From positions 1-64,000 of the forward strand of contig CAVPZX010000006.1 in the NCBI GenBank assembly GCA_963710375.1: a stretch of DNA of 64,000 nucleotides. Direction: 5' to 3'. Positions within the stretch are counted from its first letter, which is position 1, and each line of letters starts with the position of its first letter. Shown one piece after another: positions 39,154 through 50,219 of the stretch. The notes under the pieces are model-generated. The model did no database searches. It saw nothing but the letters and a program-made list of their open reading frames with translations, and was not told where the DNA came from. A program made the translations under genes and the position numbers. This stretch comes from Nitrospirota bacterium (GTDB lineage: Bacteria; Nitrospirota; Thermodesulfovibrionia; Thermodesulfovibrionales; Dissulfurispiraceae).

Positions 39154-41781
39154 ATGGATGTAATTACCTCACATATCAACACGGACTTCGACTCGCTCGC
39201 ATCGTCGATAGCGGTCAAAAAGCTTTATCCCGATGCTGTTATTGTCTTCCCCGGCTCTATGGAGAAAAAAGTGCGTGATTTCATCGACGCCTTTCAGCCG
39301 GTGGAGATAAAAAAGCTGAAGGATATTTCACTGGATGAAGTCAGCCGGTTGATTATTGTTGATACCAAGCATCCGGACCGGATAGGTGTTTTTAAAGAAC
39401 TTCTTTCCCGGCCAGGAGTCGAGGTGCATGTCTATGATCACCATCCACCTGCAAAAGAGGATATCAGGGGCAAGGTGGAGGTCATAGATACCACAGGTGC
39501 GGTTTCAACCGTTTTTGCCGAAATCATCCAGGCGAGGGAGTTGCCCTTGAGTACCCTTGAAGCTACTATCCTGTGCCTCGGGATATATCAGGAAACAGGT
39601 TCGCTGATGTTTGCCTCGACTACTCCCCGCGATCTTATTGCAGTGGCGTATCTTCTCAGGCAGGGGGCCAATCTCAATATTGTTTCCGATTTTCTTAAAG
39701 AGGAGATAAGCAGGGAAGAGTTCTCGCTTTTGAATGAGCTTGTAAAGTCACTTGACGAAGTCATTATTCAAGGGGTGAGGATCAAGATCGGCAAAGGCAC
39801 AATGGAGGGGTTTGGCGATGTGGCGCATCTGGCAAACCAGATAATGAATATGGAAGAAGCTGATGCGGTCATACTGATGATAGGTATGGCCGATAAGATT
39901 CTGATGGTGGCGCGCAGCAGGGCTCCGGAGCTTGATGCGGCGCATGTAATGGCCGAGTTCGGCGGGGGCGGTCATGCGACTGCTGCATCGGCAACCATAA
40001 AGGATGTGCCTTTTGAGATTGTGGAAGAGAAGCTCTCCGAAGCGCTGCGCAAACATGTACGCCAGGCGAAATTGGTGCGCGACGTGATGACCACGCCTGT
40101 GATTGTTGTGCAATGGAACAGCAGCATAAGCGAGGTCGAGAGCATCATGACGCGCTATGGGGTCAATGCTCTCCCCGTGGTGAAAGACGGCCATTACAAG
40201 GGGGTCATAACAAGAGGAGTGGTCGAGAAGGGGATATTCCACGGGCTTGGGAGTAACAGGTGCGCTGACTTTGCAACAAGCGACGCATTGACCACCGGGC
40301 CTGATACGCCTATTTCAGAAATCGAAAAGGCGATGGTAGAGCATAATCAGCGGTTTGTCACAGTGTTGTTTGAAGACGAGATTGCGGGGGCGGTGACGAG
40401 GACAGATATACTAAGGTCGATGTATGAGGATTTTTTGAGAAAGAGCAGGGTGGCAGCCAGGGAGCCTGGAACCAGTGACGCTTACAGCGGGTTCGGCAGG
40501 ACCATATCAAGGCTTCTCAAAGAAAAGTTATCGGCACGTATTTATGAATTCCTTTTACGGGCAGGAGAAGCCGGGGACGAACTCGGCTTTGGCGTGTATC
40601 TTGTGGGCGGCTGTGTCCGCGACCTGTTGAGGGGTGTGGAAACCCCTGATATAGATATTGTTGTCGAGGGAGACGGTATTTCCTTTGCGAGGACCCTGGC
40701 AAAGGAAATGGGTTTAAAGGTCAGGGTGCACCAGAAGTTCGGCACTGCACAGGTGATACTGTCGCCGCTGAAGATCGATTTCGCCACGGCGCGGACTGAA
40801 TATTACGAGTCTCCCGCCGCGCTGCCGAAAGTGGAGACCTCGTCGATAAAAAAAGACCTGTACCGTCGCGATTTCACTATCAATACTCTTGCAGTAAAGC
40901 TGAACAAAAAGAATTTCGGCCTCCTGCTGGATTTCTTCGGGGGGCAGCGCGATTTGAAAGAGAAGCTTATAAGGGTGCTCCATAATCTCAGTTTTGTCGA
41001 AGACCCCACAAGGGCTTTCAGGGCGATACGTTTCTCAGAGCGTTTCGGTTTTAAGCTGACAAAGCATACTGAGAACCTCATCAAACTGGCCCTAAGGATG
41101 AACATTTTCGAGAAACTATCGGGGTCCAGGCTTTATGACGAGCTTATGCTTACCTTCATGGAGACCTACCCCATAAAGGCGCTGAAGCGGTTGAACGATT
41201 ACGGGCTGCTTAAGGTCATTCATAACAGTCTTGCCTTTTCCTCAGGGCTTGAAGAATTCTTCCAGTCGGTTCATGATTCCATTTCATGGTTTGACCTGCT
41301 TTTTCTGGAGGAGCACTATGAGAAGGGGATGCTTTATCTGGCCGCACTGCTTTATAAACTGAGTAAGGAGGACCGCGAGTCTGCCCTTGACAGGCTTGCC
41401 GTTCCACTAAAGCCGCGGGAGCATATTCTCAAAACGCTGAATATGTCCCAAAACATTATAAAGAAGCTTAAAGCCGATAATCCGGTAGATATATACCATA
41501 CGTTGAAAGACTGTGATATTGAGGCCATTCTTTTCAGTATGGCGCTTTCGCAGGGCAGTGATAACAAAAAGGCAATATCGCGCTTTTTGCTGGAGCTTAG
41601 AGATGTGAAGCCCCTTGTCAAAGGCGGTGATCTGAAAAAAATCGGTATTCCCCCTGGTCCGGTATATTCAGATGTGTTCCGGAGGATTGTCGATGAGAAG
41701 CTGATGGGCCGGCTTGCCACCAGGGAGGAAGAGCTCAACTTTGTTAAAAACATTTACGGGAGGCTGCGCGACGCAGGCTGA
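39154..41781 (+). CDS. cca: tRNA nucleotidyltransferase with DHH/DHHA1 and CBS domains
   Basis: HINTDFD, DHH, GGGH, CBS pair, VGGCVRD, DID, RRDFTIN, EDPTR. Confidence 0.9.
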   Translation: MDVITSHINTDFDSLASSIAVKKLYPDAVIVFPGSMEKKVRDFIDAFQPVEIKKLKDISLDEVSRLIIVDTKHPDRIGVFKELLSRPGVEVHVYDHHPPAKEDIRGKVEVIDTTGAVSTVFAEIIQARELPLSTLEATILCLGIYQETGSLMFASTTPRDLIAVAYLLRQGANLNIVSDFLKEEISREEFSLLNELVKSLDEVIIQGVRIKIGKGTMEGFGDVAHLANQIMNMEEADAVILMIGMADKILMVARSRAPELDAAHVMAEFGGGGHATAASATIKDVPFEIVEEKLSEALRKHVRQAKLVRDVMTTPVIVVQWNSSISEVESIMTRYGVNALPVVKDGHYKGVITRGVVEKGIFHGLGSNRCADFATSDALTTGPDTPISEIEKAMVEHNQRFVTVLFEDEIAGAVTRTDILRSMYEDFLRKSRVAAREPGTSDAYSGFGRTISRLLKEKLSARIYEFLLRAGEAGDELGFGVYLVGGCVRDLLRGVETPDIDIVVEGDGISFARTLAKEMGLKVRVHQKFGTAQVILSPLKIDFATARTEYYESPAALPKVETSSIKKDLYRRDFTINTLAVKLNKKNFGLLLDFFGGQRDLKEKLIRVLHNLSFVEDPTRAFRAIRFSERFGFKLTKHTENLIKLALRMNIFEKLSGSRLYDELMLTFMETYPIKALKRLNDYGLLKVIHNSLAFSSGLEEFFQSVHDSISWFDLLFLEEHYEKGMLYLAALLYKLSKEDRESALDRLAVPLKPREHILKTLNMSQNIIKKLKADNPVDIYHTLKDCDIEAILFSMALSQGSDNKKAISRFLLELRDVKPLVKGGDLKKIGIPPGPVYSDVFRRIVDEKLMGRLATREEELNFVKNIYGRLRDAG

Positions 41782-41792
41782 AGTACCTAATC

Positions 41793-41977
41793 CACAGTAT
41801 TCATAAATTAATACAAGGAGCAATCAGGCCACAGTGCTTCACTCATTCTCGCAAGGCATCCAGCCTTGCTCCGAGGCTGTGACAGCCTGTGTCACCATCC
41901 TTGGTGTCACTTAGGCTGTCAAAGTCCGCTCAGCACCATGTCCCGCCTGCTCCTTGTATTAATTTATAAATACTGTG
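41793..41977. mobile_element. MITE family C (185 bp)
   Basis: 30-bp TIRs CACAGTATTCATAAATTAATACAAGGAGCA with 1 mismatch. Confidence 0.75.
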
Positions 41978-43481
41978 ATTTTATTATGTCTTCTTTTTTT
42001 CCCTTTGCAATTATTCTCCCTTTTTCCAAAACCATAATGTGGGTAATCATGGAAACTATTTCATCAGGATGATGGGTCGCCATGATGAGCGCCACTCCCG
42101 AGCGTGCAGCCTGCGCAATGATTGAAAGGAATCCTGCGCGCGCAGCACCATCCAGACCGCTGCACGGCTCGTCTACGATGAGCATGTCAGGGCTATTGAC
42201 CATAGCACGTGCAATAAGGATTTTTTTTTGTTCCCCATATGACATTTCCGATAAGAGCTTGTCACTGAGATGCTGCAGCTGAAAAAAATCTATCCAATAT
42301 CGGGCTTTCTCCATCTGGTGTGATGTCGCTGTATCATACAATCCGACGCTTGAGAAAAAGCCTGACACCACCGCATCGATTCCTTTGACATTGTAAGCGT
42401 AATCCCGCTGCAATTCAGGAGAAACAATTCCGATCCTTTTTCGAATATCACAGATGGTCGCGCTGTCCTGTTCTCCGAACCGCTGCACTTCTCCTCCAAG
42501 GGCAGGGTATAAATCGCCGGCTATCAGTTTGAGCAGAGTAGATTTGCCGGCCCCGTTTCTGCCGATGATTGCCCAATGCTCTGCCTTGCGCATGACCCAG
42601 GAAATATCGTTCAATATTTTTTTGTGCTTTATAAAAACGTCTGCATGCCTTATTTTTATCAAGAAGTTGCCCCTTCTTTTCCGGCGGCCTGAAGGCGGCT
42701 GGAGTTCGGTCATGTCACTTGCGGAAGCATAGTGCATGTGCTCTCCCGCAAGTACAGAATCTTTTTCGCCTTGTTCAATTATTTTACCGTGCTCCATTAT
42801 TAGGACATGGGTGATGGATGGAATTAGTTCTTCTACACGGTGCGTTGCATAGAGTACAGGAGTGCCGGTTGCAGCTATTTCTTCGACCATATGCAGCAGT
42901 TTTCTCCTGGAAGAGAAATCAAGGCCGTTGCAGGGCTCGTCAAGGGCTAGAACTGCAGGGCGCGCAACCAAGGCCCGCGCGATCAGGATTTTCCTCGCTT
43001 CGCCCTGTGACATTTCGAGAAAATCCTTATTGCCGAGATTGTCCAGTCCCATTGTGAAGAGCAATTTTTCTGCTGCGGTTTTCTGCTCCTCTGTCGGGTC
43101 CTGATGCAGCCAGGCACTGTCAAAAAAACCGGTGTACACCACCTCGCGGCCGCTCATGTTCCACTGGTGGCGGTGGTAGGTGTCTTGCAGTTCGGCAGAA
43201 ACCAGCGCTATGCGGTTTTTTATGCCGATCGGGCTTTCCTGGACAGCGCTATCAAATTTGTATAGCCGCTTACCCGGGCTCCCTGGGTCAAGCCATAATT
43301 CACCCCTGATGAGTCTCAGAAGCGTGGATTTACCGGCGCCGTTGCCGCCGATAACTGCCCAGTGCTCGTCTCGCCTGATCTGCCAGGTTATGCCTGACAA
43401 AAGCGTGCGCCCTTGAATCTTGACGCTGGCGTTGCTTAAGGAAATGATGAAATCGTTGTTTAAGTGTTCGTTTTTTTTCAT
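41964..43481 (-). CDS. Double ABC ATPase (ModF-like)
   Basis: Two GxNGAGKST motifs, MSQGE/MSYGE signatures, DEPC. Confidence 0.8.
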   Translation of the reverse strand: MKKNEHLNNDFIISLSNASVKIQGRTLLSGITWQIRRDEHWAVIGGNGAGKSTLLRLIRGELWLDPGSPGKRLYKFDSAVQESPIGIKNRIALVSAELQDTYHRHQWNMSGREVVYTGFFDSAWLHQDPTEEQKTAAEKLLFTMGLDNLGNKDFLEMSQGEARKILIARALVARPAVLALDEPCNGLDFSSRRKLLHMVEEIAATGTPVLYATHRVEELIPSITHVLIMEHGKIIEQGEKDSVLAGEHMHYASASDMTELQPPSGRRKRRGNFLIKIRHADVFIKHKKILNDISWVMRKAEHWAIIGRNGAGKSTLLKLIAGDLYPALGGEVQRFGEQDSATICDIRKRIGIVSPELQRDYAYNVKGIDAVVSGFFSSVGLYDTATSHQMEKARYWIDFFQLQHLSDKLLSEMSYGEQKKILIARAMVNSPDMLIVDEPCSGLDGAARAGFLSIIAQAARSGVALIMATHHPDEIVSMITHIMVLEKGRIIAKGKKEDIIKSQYL

Positions 43482-43773
43482 TTCATACGCATGCCCCAAT
43501 ATTTTTTAATTATACATGGAAACACATCCTTCAGTTCTAACTACTCACAACTGCGAGATTAAACCTTTTACAAAGTTCCCCGATAACGATATTAATTAGG
43601 ATTGCGCCTTGTGCTGTGAAATCTGAACCTTGAGCCGCTTAGCGGAAGGAGGTAACTATCAGATACAGGCTTTTTTTTCTTTTTTCCCATAGCCGGGAAA
43701 GCGCTTTTGTTTTACGCGAAAAGGGTCAGGGATTCATCTGCTCTTACGGAATCCCTTCGATTGCCGTGATAAG

Positions 43774-46024
43774 ATGAGGCTCTCCTTAAGAACAAAGGTG
43801 ACGGCCTTTGTCACTACTATAGTAGTAATTGTGAGCCTTGTCAGCACATCCTACCTTATATTAGCTCACAAACACAGCATCGAAAGGGAAATCGTTGCCA
43901 GGGGAGTTGCGCTGACTGAGTCGCTTTCGAGGGCTGTATCTAATGGGCTTGCCTCTAAAAACCTGGAATTAATAAAAGAAGTTTCGGCTATCGTTCATAC
44001 CAGTGATGTTGTACTGGCCCAGGTGTACTCATCCCTGTGGTTGCCGGTAGATGCATATCCTTTTAAGCAACTTAACGAACCTCCGGACCCTGCTGCATTA
44101 AGTCACTTTAAAACGAGCGAGGGTTCTTTTTACGAATATCACGGTCAATGGCTCGATTTCTATTCTCCGGTGTTTTATAAGCCGCTCGGTGAAGCCGATA
44201 ACGGAAACGTTGTAATAGGTTATGTGAGACTCAGGCTTTCGACCCAACAGTCAAAACAGTCGATGGGGGAGGCCATCAATAAGAGCTTACTCTTCTCTTT
44301 TGGGATGACGCTAATTGCCTTTGTTTCCCTTAATTTGTTTATTGATAAGTACGTGCTCAGGCCCCTCTTAAAGCTTCATGAGTCGGTGTCAAAACATATA
44401 GAAGGTGAGTTCCCGGAAAGTGTTCCTATTTACTCGGGGGATGAAATAGGGGAGCTTTCCTTGGAATTCAACCGGATGAGTCTTGCCCTTAAAGAAAGAG
44501 AAGAGAGGCTCGCAGACGAGAAGGAACGCCTTGCGGTGACTCTTCGCAGCATCGGCGATGCGGTGATCGTTACCGATGTAGATGGTATGATCACCTTAAT
44601 TAACAAAGTAGCAGAACAGCAGACCGGATGGGCCGCTCATGAAGCACTTGGCAAACATCTCAGCGTGGTGTTCAACATTATCAATGAAAAGACCCGTGAG
44701 CTCTGCGAAAATCCTGTGGATAAGGTCCTGAAAACAGGCCTGATAACAGGTCTCACCAACCATACGGTTTTAATAAGGAAAGACGGCACAGAAATAATAA
44801 TCGAAGACAGCGCTGCTCCCATAAAACATCGGAACAGCGCAACAATAGGTATTGTCATTGTGTTCCGTGATGTCACGGAAAAGCGGCGGATGGAAAATGA
44901 ACTTCTGAAGATGGAGAAGCTGGAATCCGTCGGGCTGCTTGCAGGGGGCATAGCTCATGACTTTAACAATGTCCTTACCTCTGTGGTAGGCAACATCAGT
45001 TTGGCAAAAAAGCATATCGATAACGAAAATATCGCATATGAAAGATTGGTAAAGGCCGAGAAGGCATCCCAGAGGGCAACTGATTTGGCCTATCGTTTGC
45101 TCACTTTTTCGAAGGGCGGGGAACCGGTCAGAGAGTCAGCCTCAATAGTCGAAATCCTTAAGGAGTCGTCGGATTTTGGTCTTTCCGGGAGCCATATAGC
45201 ATCCGAGTTTATGATTTCGGAAGACATCTGCAATGTTGATGTCGATGCGGGCCAGATGAGCCAGGTTTTTAGTAATCTTATCATCAATGCGGTTCAGGCG
45301 ATGCCTCACGGCGGCAAGATAATATATAGAGTGAGCAATGTATTGATGGAGGGGTATAAAATACCTGGTCTAGAAGACGGCACCTACGTACAGACTCTCT
45401 GTTAAGGATACCGGGACAGGCATACCGAAAGAGGATATCCCGAGGATCTTTGACCCATATTTTACTACGAAGCCGGAAGGAAGCGGGCTCGGTCTTGCTT
45501 CGGTCTACTCGATTATCAAAAGACACTCCGGGCACATTACCGTTGAATCGAAACAGGGTATGGGAACAACATTCCATATATTTCTGCCGGTATCGGGAAG
45601 CAAGTCTGTTTGCACTATTTCTGAAGAACAAAGCACAACCCAGGGGCATGGGAAAGTGCTTGTTATGGACGATGAGAAGATTGTGAGGGATGTTTCAGGA
45701 GAAATGTTAAAATCCCTGGGATATGAAGTCGAACTTGCTAGTGATGGCACAGAAGCCATTCAGATGTATCAAAGTGCCTTGGAAGCCAGGACACCCTTTG
45801 ATGTTGTTATAATGGACCTTACAATACCGGGAGGCACAGGAGGGAGAGAGGCAATTCAAAAACTCCGCAGCATTGATCCTGATGTTAAAGCGATTGTGTC
45901 AAGCGGTTATTCTAACGATCCTGTAATGGCAGATTTCAGGGAATACGGTTTCAGGGGTGTAATAATAAAACCGTACAGGATCGAAGGTTTCAGCAGAACT
46001 CTGCAAGAAGTAATGACTGCCTGA
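43774..46024 (+). CDS. Hybrid HAMP-PAS histidine kinase with receiver domain; apparent frameshift at 45394
   Basis: IAHDFNN; removing one A restores QLSVKDTGTGI...FDPYFTTK...GLGL and joins the REC domain (VMDDE, IMDL, KP). Confidence 0.85.
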
Positions 46025-46031
46025 CTTAATA

Positions 46032-46409
46032 TTAATGGCAAATGTTTTTTTCGAGGGCTTCTCCTGCTGTTCCCGGGCGGATATTCCTCCAGAGTGCGCC
46101 CGGGGTCTGGATTGACCGGCCATCCCGGAGGAGTGTCCTGAGTTCAGTGGCGTGATGCATTTTTTTAAAGCAGTCGATTTCCATTAGATTCACCGATTCT
46201 TTTTCAAGAAGATTGTTTCCCGAATAGGCAATCCAGACGCGCACTCTGACTATATTGTTAGACAGATGATAGATGCTTTTGGTGTCATAATAGTACAGTG
46301 CGTTCGAGCTGTCTTTATAGTACTGCACCCATTGCTTCCCTTTTTTGCAGGAAATAAGAGCTGCGGATAAAAGACAGCAAAAGACGATTGCCTTGAAAAG
46401 CTTTTTTAT
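46032..46409 (-). CDS. Putative lipoprotein (start uncertain, ATA after a strong SD)
   Basis: KK + hydrophobic stretch + LISC lipobox; AGGAGG 9 nt upstream. Confidence 0.55.
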   Translation of the reverse strand: MKKLFKAIVFCCLLSAALISCKKGKQWVQYYKDSSNALYYYDTKSIYHLSNNIVRVRVWIAYSGNNLLEKESVNLMEIDCFKKMHHATELRTLLRDGRSIQTPGALWRNIRPGTAGEALEKNICH

Positions 46410-46413
46410 TGTG

Positions 46414-47343
46414 TTATTCCTCCTTAAACAGCCATGTCGAAAGGTATCGCTCACCGCTGTCCGGAAATACTACAACGATCAGCTTTCCACTGTTATGTTC
46501 CCTGGCCGCAATCTCCAGAGCCGCCCATAATGCTGCCCCGCTGGAGATGCCCGCAAGGATCCCTTCTTCTTTCGCAAGCCTTCTTGCACATATACCGGCA
46601 TTTTTATCGGAAACCTTTATGATCTCGTCTATAATACCCGCATTTAGCACGTCAGGGACAAAACCGGCGCCTATCCCCTGTATTTTGTGCGGTCCTGCCT
46701 GACCTCCTGACAGTACAGGAGACGTTTCAGGTTCCACCGCCACCGCCTTAAACTCTTTCTTTCTTTTCTTGATGACTTCGGCAACACCTGTTAATGTCCC
46801 GCCCGTACCGACACCTGATACCAGGAAATCGACGGCGCCATCAGTGTCTCTCCAAATTTCTTCAGCCGTTGTCAGCCTGTGTATTTCAGGATTCGAGGGG
46901 TTTCTAAACTGCTGAGGCATGAATGCACCCGGCGTGCTGTTTAGGAGTTCTTCGGCCTTTCTGATCGCGCCTTTCATACCCTCGGCGCCGGGAGTCAGGT
47001 GTAGTTCAGCGCCAAAGAACTGCAGCAACTGCCTTCTTTCCATGCTCATAGTATCGGGCATTGTGAGTATTAATTTGTATCCCTTTGCGGCAGAGGCAAA
47101 TGCAAGTGCAATACCTGTATTCCCGCTCGTCGGCTCGATAATAACCGAACCTCTCTTCAACACTCCTTTTCGTTCAGCGTTTTCTATCATAGCAACGCCG
47201 ATGCGGTCTTTAACGCTTGAAAGCGGGTTGAACGATTCCAGCTTTGCAGCTATGGTTGCGTGCATGCCCGCTGCAACACAGTTTAGTCTTACCAGGGGGG
47301 TGTTTCCCGTTGTTTTTGTGATGTCATCAAGAATCCTGGACAT
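46414..47343 (-). CDS. cysK: Cysteine synthase A
   Basis: [28 protein letters not shown]. Confidence 0.92.
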   Translation of the reverse strand: MSRILDDITKTTGNTPLVRLNCVAAGMHATIAAKLESFNPLSSVKDRIGVAMIENAERKGVLKRGSVIIEPTSGNTGIALAFASAAKGYKLILTMPDTMSMERRQLLQFFGAELHLTPGAEGMKGAIRKAEELLNSTPGAFMPQQFRNPSNPEIHRLTTAEEIWRDTDGAVDFLVSGVGTGGTLTGVAEVIKKRKKEFKAVAVEPETSPVLSGGQAGPHKIQGIGAGFVPDVLNAGIIDEIIKVSDKNAGICARRLAKEEGILAGISSGAALWAALEIAAREHNSGKLIVVVFPDSGERYLSTWLFKEE

Positions 47344-47460
47344 AAAAACCTCCGTTTTCGGTTTCGCATGAACCTTATTCATTACTATATTACCTTCTAA
47401 GCGGTATCAGCGCAAGCTTGCGGCTTCGTGGTATACTTTGAAACCGATTTTTCAATGGCA

Positions 47461-48399
47461 ATGAAAATGGCACATAACAATATTTTGGGATGCATAGGAC
47501 ATACACCGCTCATAAGAATGATGCGGATGGTTGCAGAGGATAGCGCTGAAATTTGGGCAAAGCTTGAGGGGTTCAATCCCGGAGGTTCAGTGAAGGACAG
47601 GATTGCGCTCTCCATGATCGAGGCTGCTGAAAGGGACGGGACTTTGAAACCCGGCGGGACCATCATTGAGCCCACAAGCGGCAACACCGGCATCGGCCTG
47701 GCACTGGTTGCGGTTGTGAAGGGATACCGTCTTATCCTCACTATGCCGGAAACCATGTCGATGGAAAGGAGGATGATGCTGCAGGCATACGGCGCTGAAC
47801 TTGTTTTAACGCCCGGAGAGGAGGGCATGCTGGGCGCATGGGAAAAGGCAGAAAAGATACTCAAAGGCAACCCGGGCTTTTTTCTGCCCTTACAGTTTGA
47901 AAACAGAGCAAACCCCGAGGCACACAGGAAAACGACTGCAGTTGAGATAGTGCAGGATCTGGGCAGGGTCCCGGATGCCTTTGTTGCCGGAGTCGGAACA
48001 GGTGGTACAATAACAGGCAACGGGGAAGTTTTCAAAGAAAAAAAACCTGACGTCCTGATTATAGCTGTTGAGCCTGCCGGTTCGCCTGTTCTTTCGGGCG
48101 GTGAGCCCGGGCAGCATAGAATTGCAGGTATCGGCGCCGGATTTTTAACAGGTATTCTGAATACAAAAATATTCGATGAGGTCATTCCTGTCACTGACAG
48201 CGATGCAGAGGAAACCACGAGAGAACTGGCCTTGAAGGAAGGTATACTTGCCGGCACGTCATCCGGAGCAGCCATGTGGGCTGCGATGAAGGTCGCTATG
48301 AGACTTGGCCAGGGGAAAAAGGTGGTTGTGATATTCCCTGACAGAGGCGACAGATACCTGAGCACCGGCATTTTCTCCCAAACTGAAAAATTTAGTTGA
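47461..48399 (+). CDS. Cysteine synthase paralog (CysK/CysM family)
   Basis: NPGGSVKDR, PTSGNTG, GTGGT, HRIAGIG; start approximate. Confidence 0.85.
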   Translation: MKMAHNNILGCIGHTPLIRMMRMVAEDSAEIWAKLEGFNPGGSVKDRIALSMIEAAERDGTLKPGGTIIEPTSGNTGIGLALVAVVKGYRLILTMPETMSMERRMMLQAYGAELVLTPGEEGMLGAWEKAEKILKGNPGFFLPLQFENRANPEAHRKTTAVEIVQDLGRVPDAFVAGVGTGGTITGNGEVFKEKKPDVLIIAVEPAGSPVLSGGEPGQHRIAGIGAGFLTGILNTKIFDEVIPVTDSDAEETTRELALKEGILAGTSSGAAMWAAMKVAMRLGQGKKVVVIFPDRGDRYLSTGIFSQTEKFS

Positions 48400-48703
48400 T
48401 GGAGAGAAATAAACCGAAATGCCCGTCCTCATTAAAATCGAAATGCAAAGCCTCCCTGGTAAGTACTGATGCTGAGTACGCAAGTTCAGCCAATATATCC
48501 TGCACTCCCTCAAGAGTCCGGTCTTCGGCATGATAAATTTCAAGAATGTCCACAATTTCGTCCGGGTCGCCTGTGTTATAACTCTCCAATAAAATTTTCA
48601 CGGGCCGGGTTTGCCCGCCGCTGCTCACTGTTCTTTTTTTTGCATTTCTTATCTGGTACTTCAATCGTTCCAGACAAAGACCGCATATACTTGCCGTTTC
48701 CAT
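48392..48703 (-). CDS. Hypothetical protein (true start may be GTG 48713 if the A8 tract is miscalled)
   Basis: ORF preceded by AAGGAG SD and a sigma54 site. Confidence 0.5.
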   Translation of the reverse strand: METASICGLCLERLKYQIRNAKKRTVSSGGQTRPVKILLESYNTGDPDEIVDILEIYHAEDRTLEGVQDILAELAYSASVLTREALHFDFNEDGHFGLFLSIN

Positions 48704-48751
48704 ATGTCTTCACGCTCCTTGAATAATTGGTGTTAACTTTAACCTATGTAA

Positions 48752-48767
48752 AGCAATTGCAATGCCA
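48752..48767 (-). promoter_or_regulatory. sigma54 promoter
   Basis: Minus strand TGGCATTGCAATTGCT, divergent from a bEBP gene. Confidence 0.7.
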
Positions 48768-48855
48768 GACATAACTTACTGAAATTTAAAGAAACATATA
48801 TAGTTCTAAAAGTTGTGATTGAATATAAATTAATCATAGTGTATATTATTTATAC

Positions 48856-50208
48856 ATGAAAAAGGCGTTTGAAGTAGTTTTGTTTACCATGGATGCAGCA
48901 CTGGTGGAAGAACTGTCGGGCATACTCCCGAAAGATTGCGCTGTAGTCAAGCGTGACTCCGGACTCCACAACTCATTTATCTTCTTCGATATCGATACGA
49001 TGAAGGCAGGGCTTATTAAAGAGCTGAGTCAGGATAACATCGTTATTGCGATCACAAAACAAAAGCTTACAGAGCCTGTGATGGAGGCGGTGACTTTCGG
49101 CGTATATGAGATAATCCATCGTCCACTGCAGCAGGACATCATCTTTAAACTGTTGCAAGACCTCCATGAGCTTGGCGAAGAGCTTAAACATCCAATTCCC
49201 ATCAGGAAACTACCCCCTGCGCCGACCTGTGCGATAGTGGGGAGCTCACCTATCATCATGGATGTTTGCAAAAAACTGGCCCGGTTGTCCCAGGCAGAGG
49301 TCCCTGTCCTGATCACCGGCGAAACGGGTACAGGAAAGGAGCTTATTGCAGAATCAATCGCCCAGCTTTCCTCACGCTTCGGGAAACCTTTTGTTGTCGT
49401 TAACTGCGCTGCTGTTCCGGACGCGCTTCTTGAGTCTGAGCTTTTCGGTTTTGAAAGGGGTGCGTTTACCGGTGCCCTTGCTGGAAAGGAGGGAATGCTT
49501 AAGATCGCTGATGAAGGGACGGTATTTTTTGACGAGATAGCAGAGTTGCCTCTTCCCTTGCAGGGGAAATTGCTCCGCTTTCTGCAGACGCAGACATTTT
49601 ATCCTATAGGGAGTACCAGGGAAGTGCAGGTGAATGTGCGCGTAATTTCCGCTACCAACAAGGACCTGTCCGCAATGGTGAGAGAGGGTACTTTTAGAGA
49701 GGAACTGCTTCACCGGCTTCGTGTTGCAAAAATACATATCCCGCCGCTGCGCGAACGCAGAGAAGATATTCCAGCCCTCGTCAACTTTTTTGTTAACCGT
49801 TACAGGTATACAGGGCCAAGACCGATTGAGGGGATCACAAAGGCATTTCTGAAGGAGATGCGCGCCTATGACTGGCCTGGGAATATTCGCGAGCTTGAAA
49901 ATACCATACGTTCCGCCATTGCCCTGAGCAAGAGTTACTTCCTTACTGCTCAGGAGATCAAGGAACTCGGAGACAGTCTGCAGGCATCACAGAAAAAGGG
50001 GTCTCCCGCTGAAACGCTCGGTTCTGCGATCCTCCCGATTTTAAAGCAGGCCATTGAACAAAAGGATAAGGACATCTACGAAAAGATCCACAGTGAGGTG
50101 GACAAACCGATTTTTGATTATGTTTTGTCCCGGACGCGGGAAAATCAATCTGAGGCCGCCCGCATCCTTGGCATAAACCGTTTGACCCTCAGAAAAAAGC
50201 TCAAATAA
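48856..50208 (+). CDS. sigma54-dependent Fis-family activator with degenerate receiver domain
   Basis: GETGTGKE, GAFTGA, WPGNIREL, HTH NQSEAARILGINRLTL. Confidence 0.9.
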   Translation: MKKAFEVVLFTMDAALVEELSGILPKDCAVVKRDSGLHNSFIFFDIDTMKAGLIKELSQDNIVIAITKQKLTEPVMEAVTFGVYEIIHRPLQQDIIFKLLQDLHELGEELKHPIPIRKLPPAPTCAIVGSSPIIMDVCKKLARLSQAEVPVLITGETGTGKELIAESIAQLSSRFGKPFVVVNCAAVPDALLESELFGFERGAFTGALAGKEGMLKIADEGTVFFDEIAELPLPLQGKLLRFLQTQTFYPIGSTREVQVNVRVISATNKDLSAMVREGTFREELLHRLRVAKIHIPPLRERREDIPALVNFFVNRYRYTGPRPIEGITKAFLKEMRAYDWPGNIRELENTIRSAIALSKSYFLTAQEIKELGDSLQASQKKGSPAETLGSAILPILKQAIEQKDKDIYEKIHSEVDKPIFDYVLSRTRENQSEAARILGINRLTLRKKLK

Positions 50209-50219
50209 TCCATATATTG

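Noticed and set aside
43600..43760. Riboswitch upstream of the hybrid kinase
   Set aside because: Hairpins and a T-tract are present, but no recognisable aptamer consensus; an Rfam search is needed.
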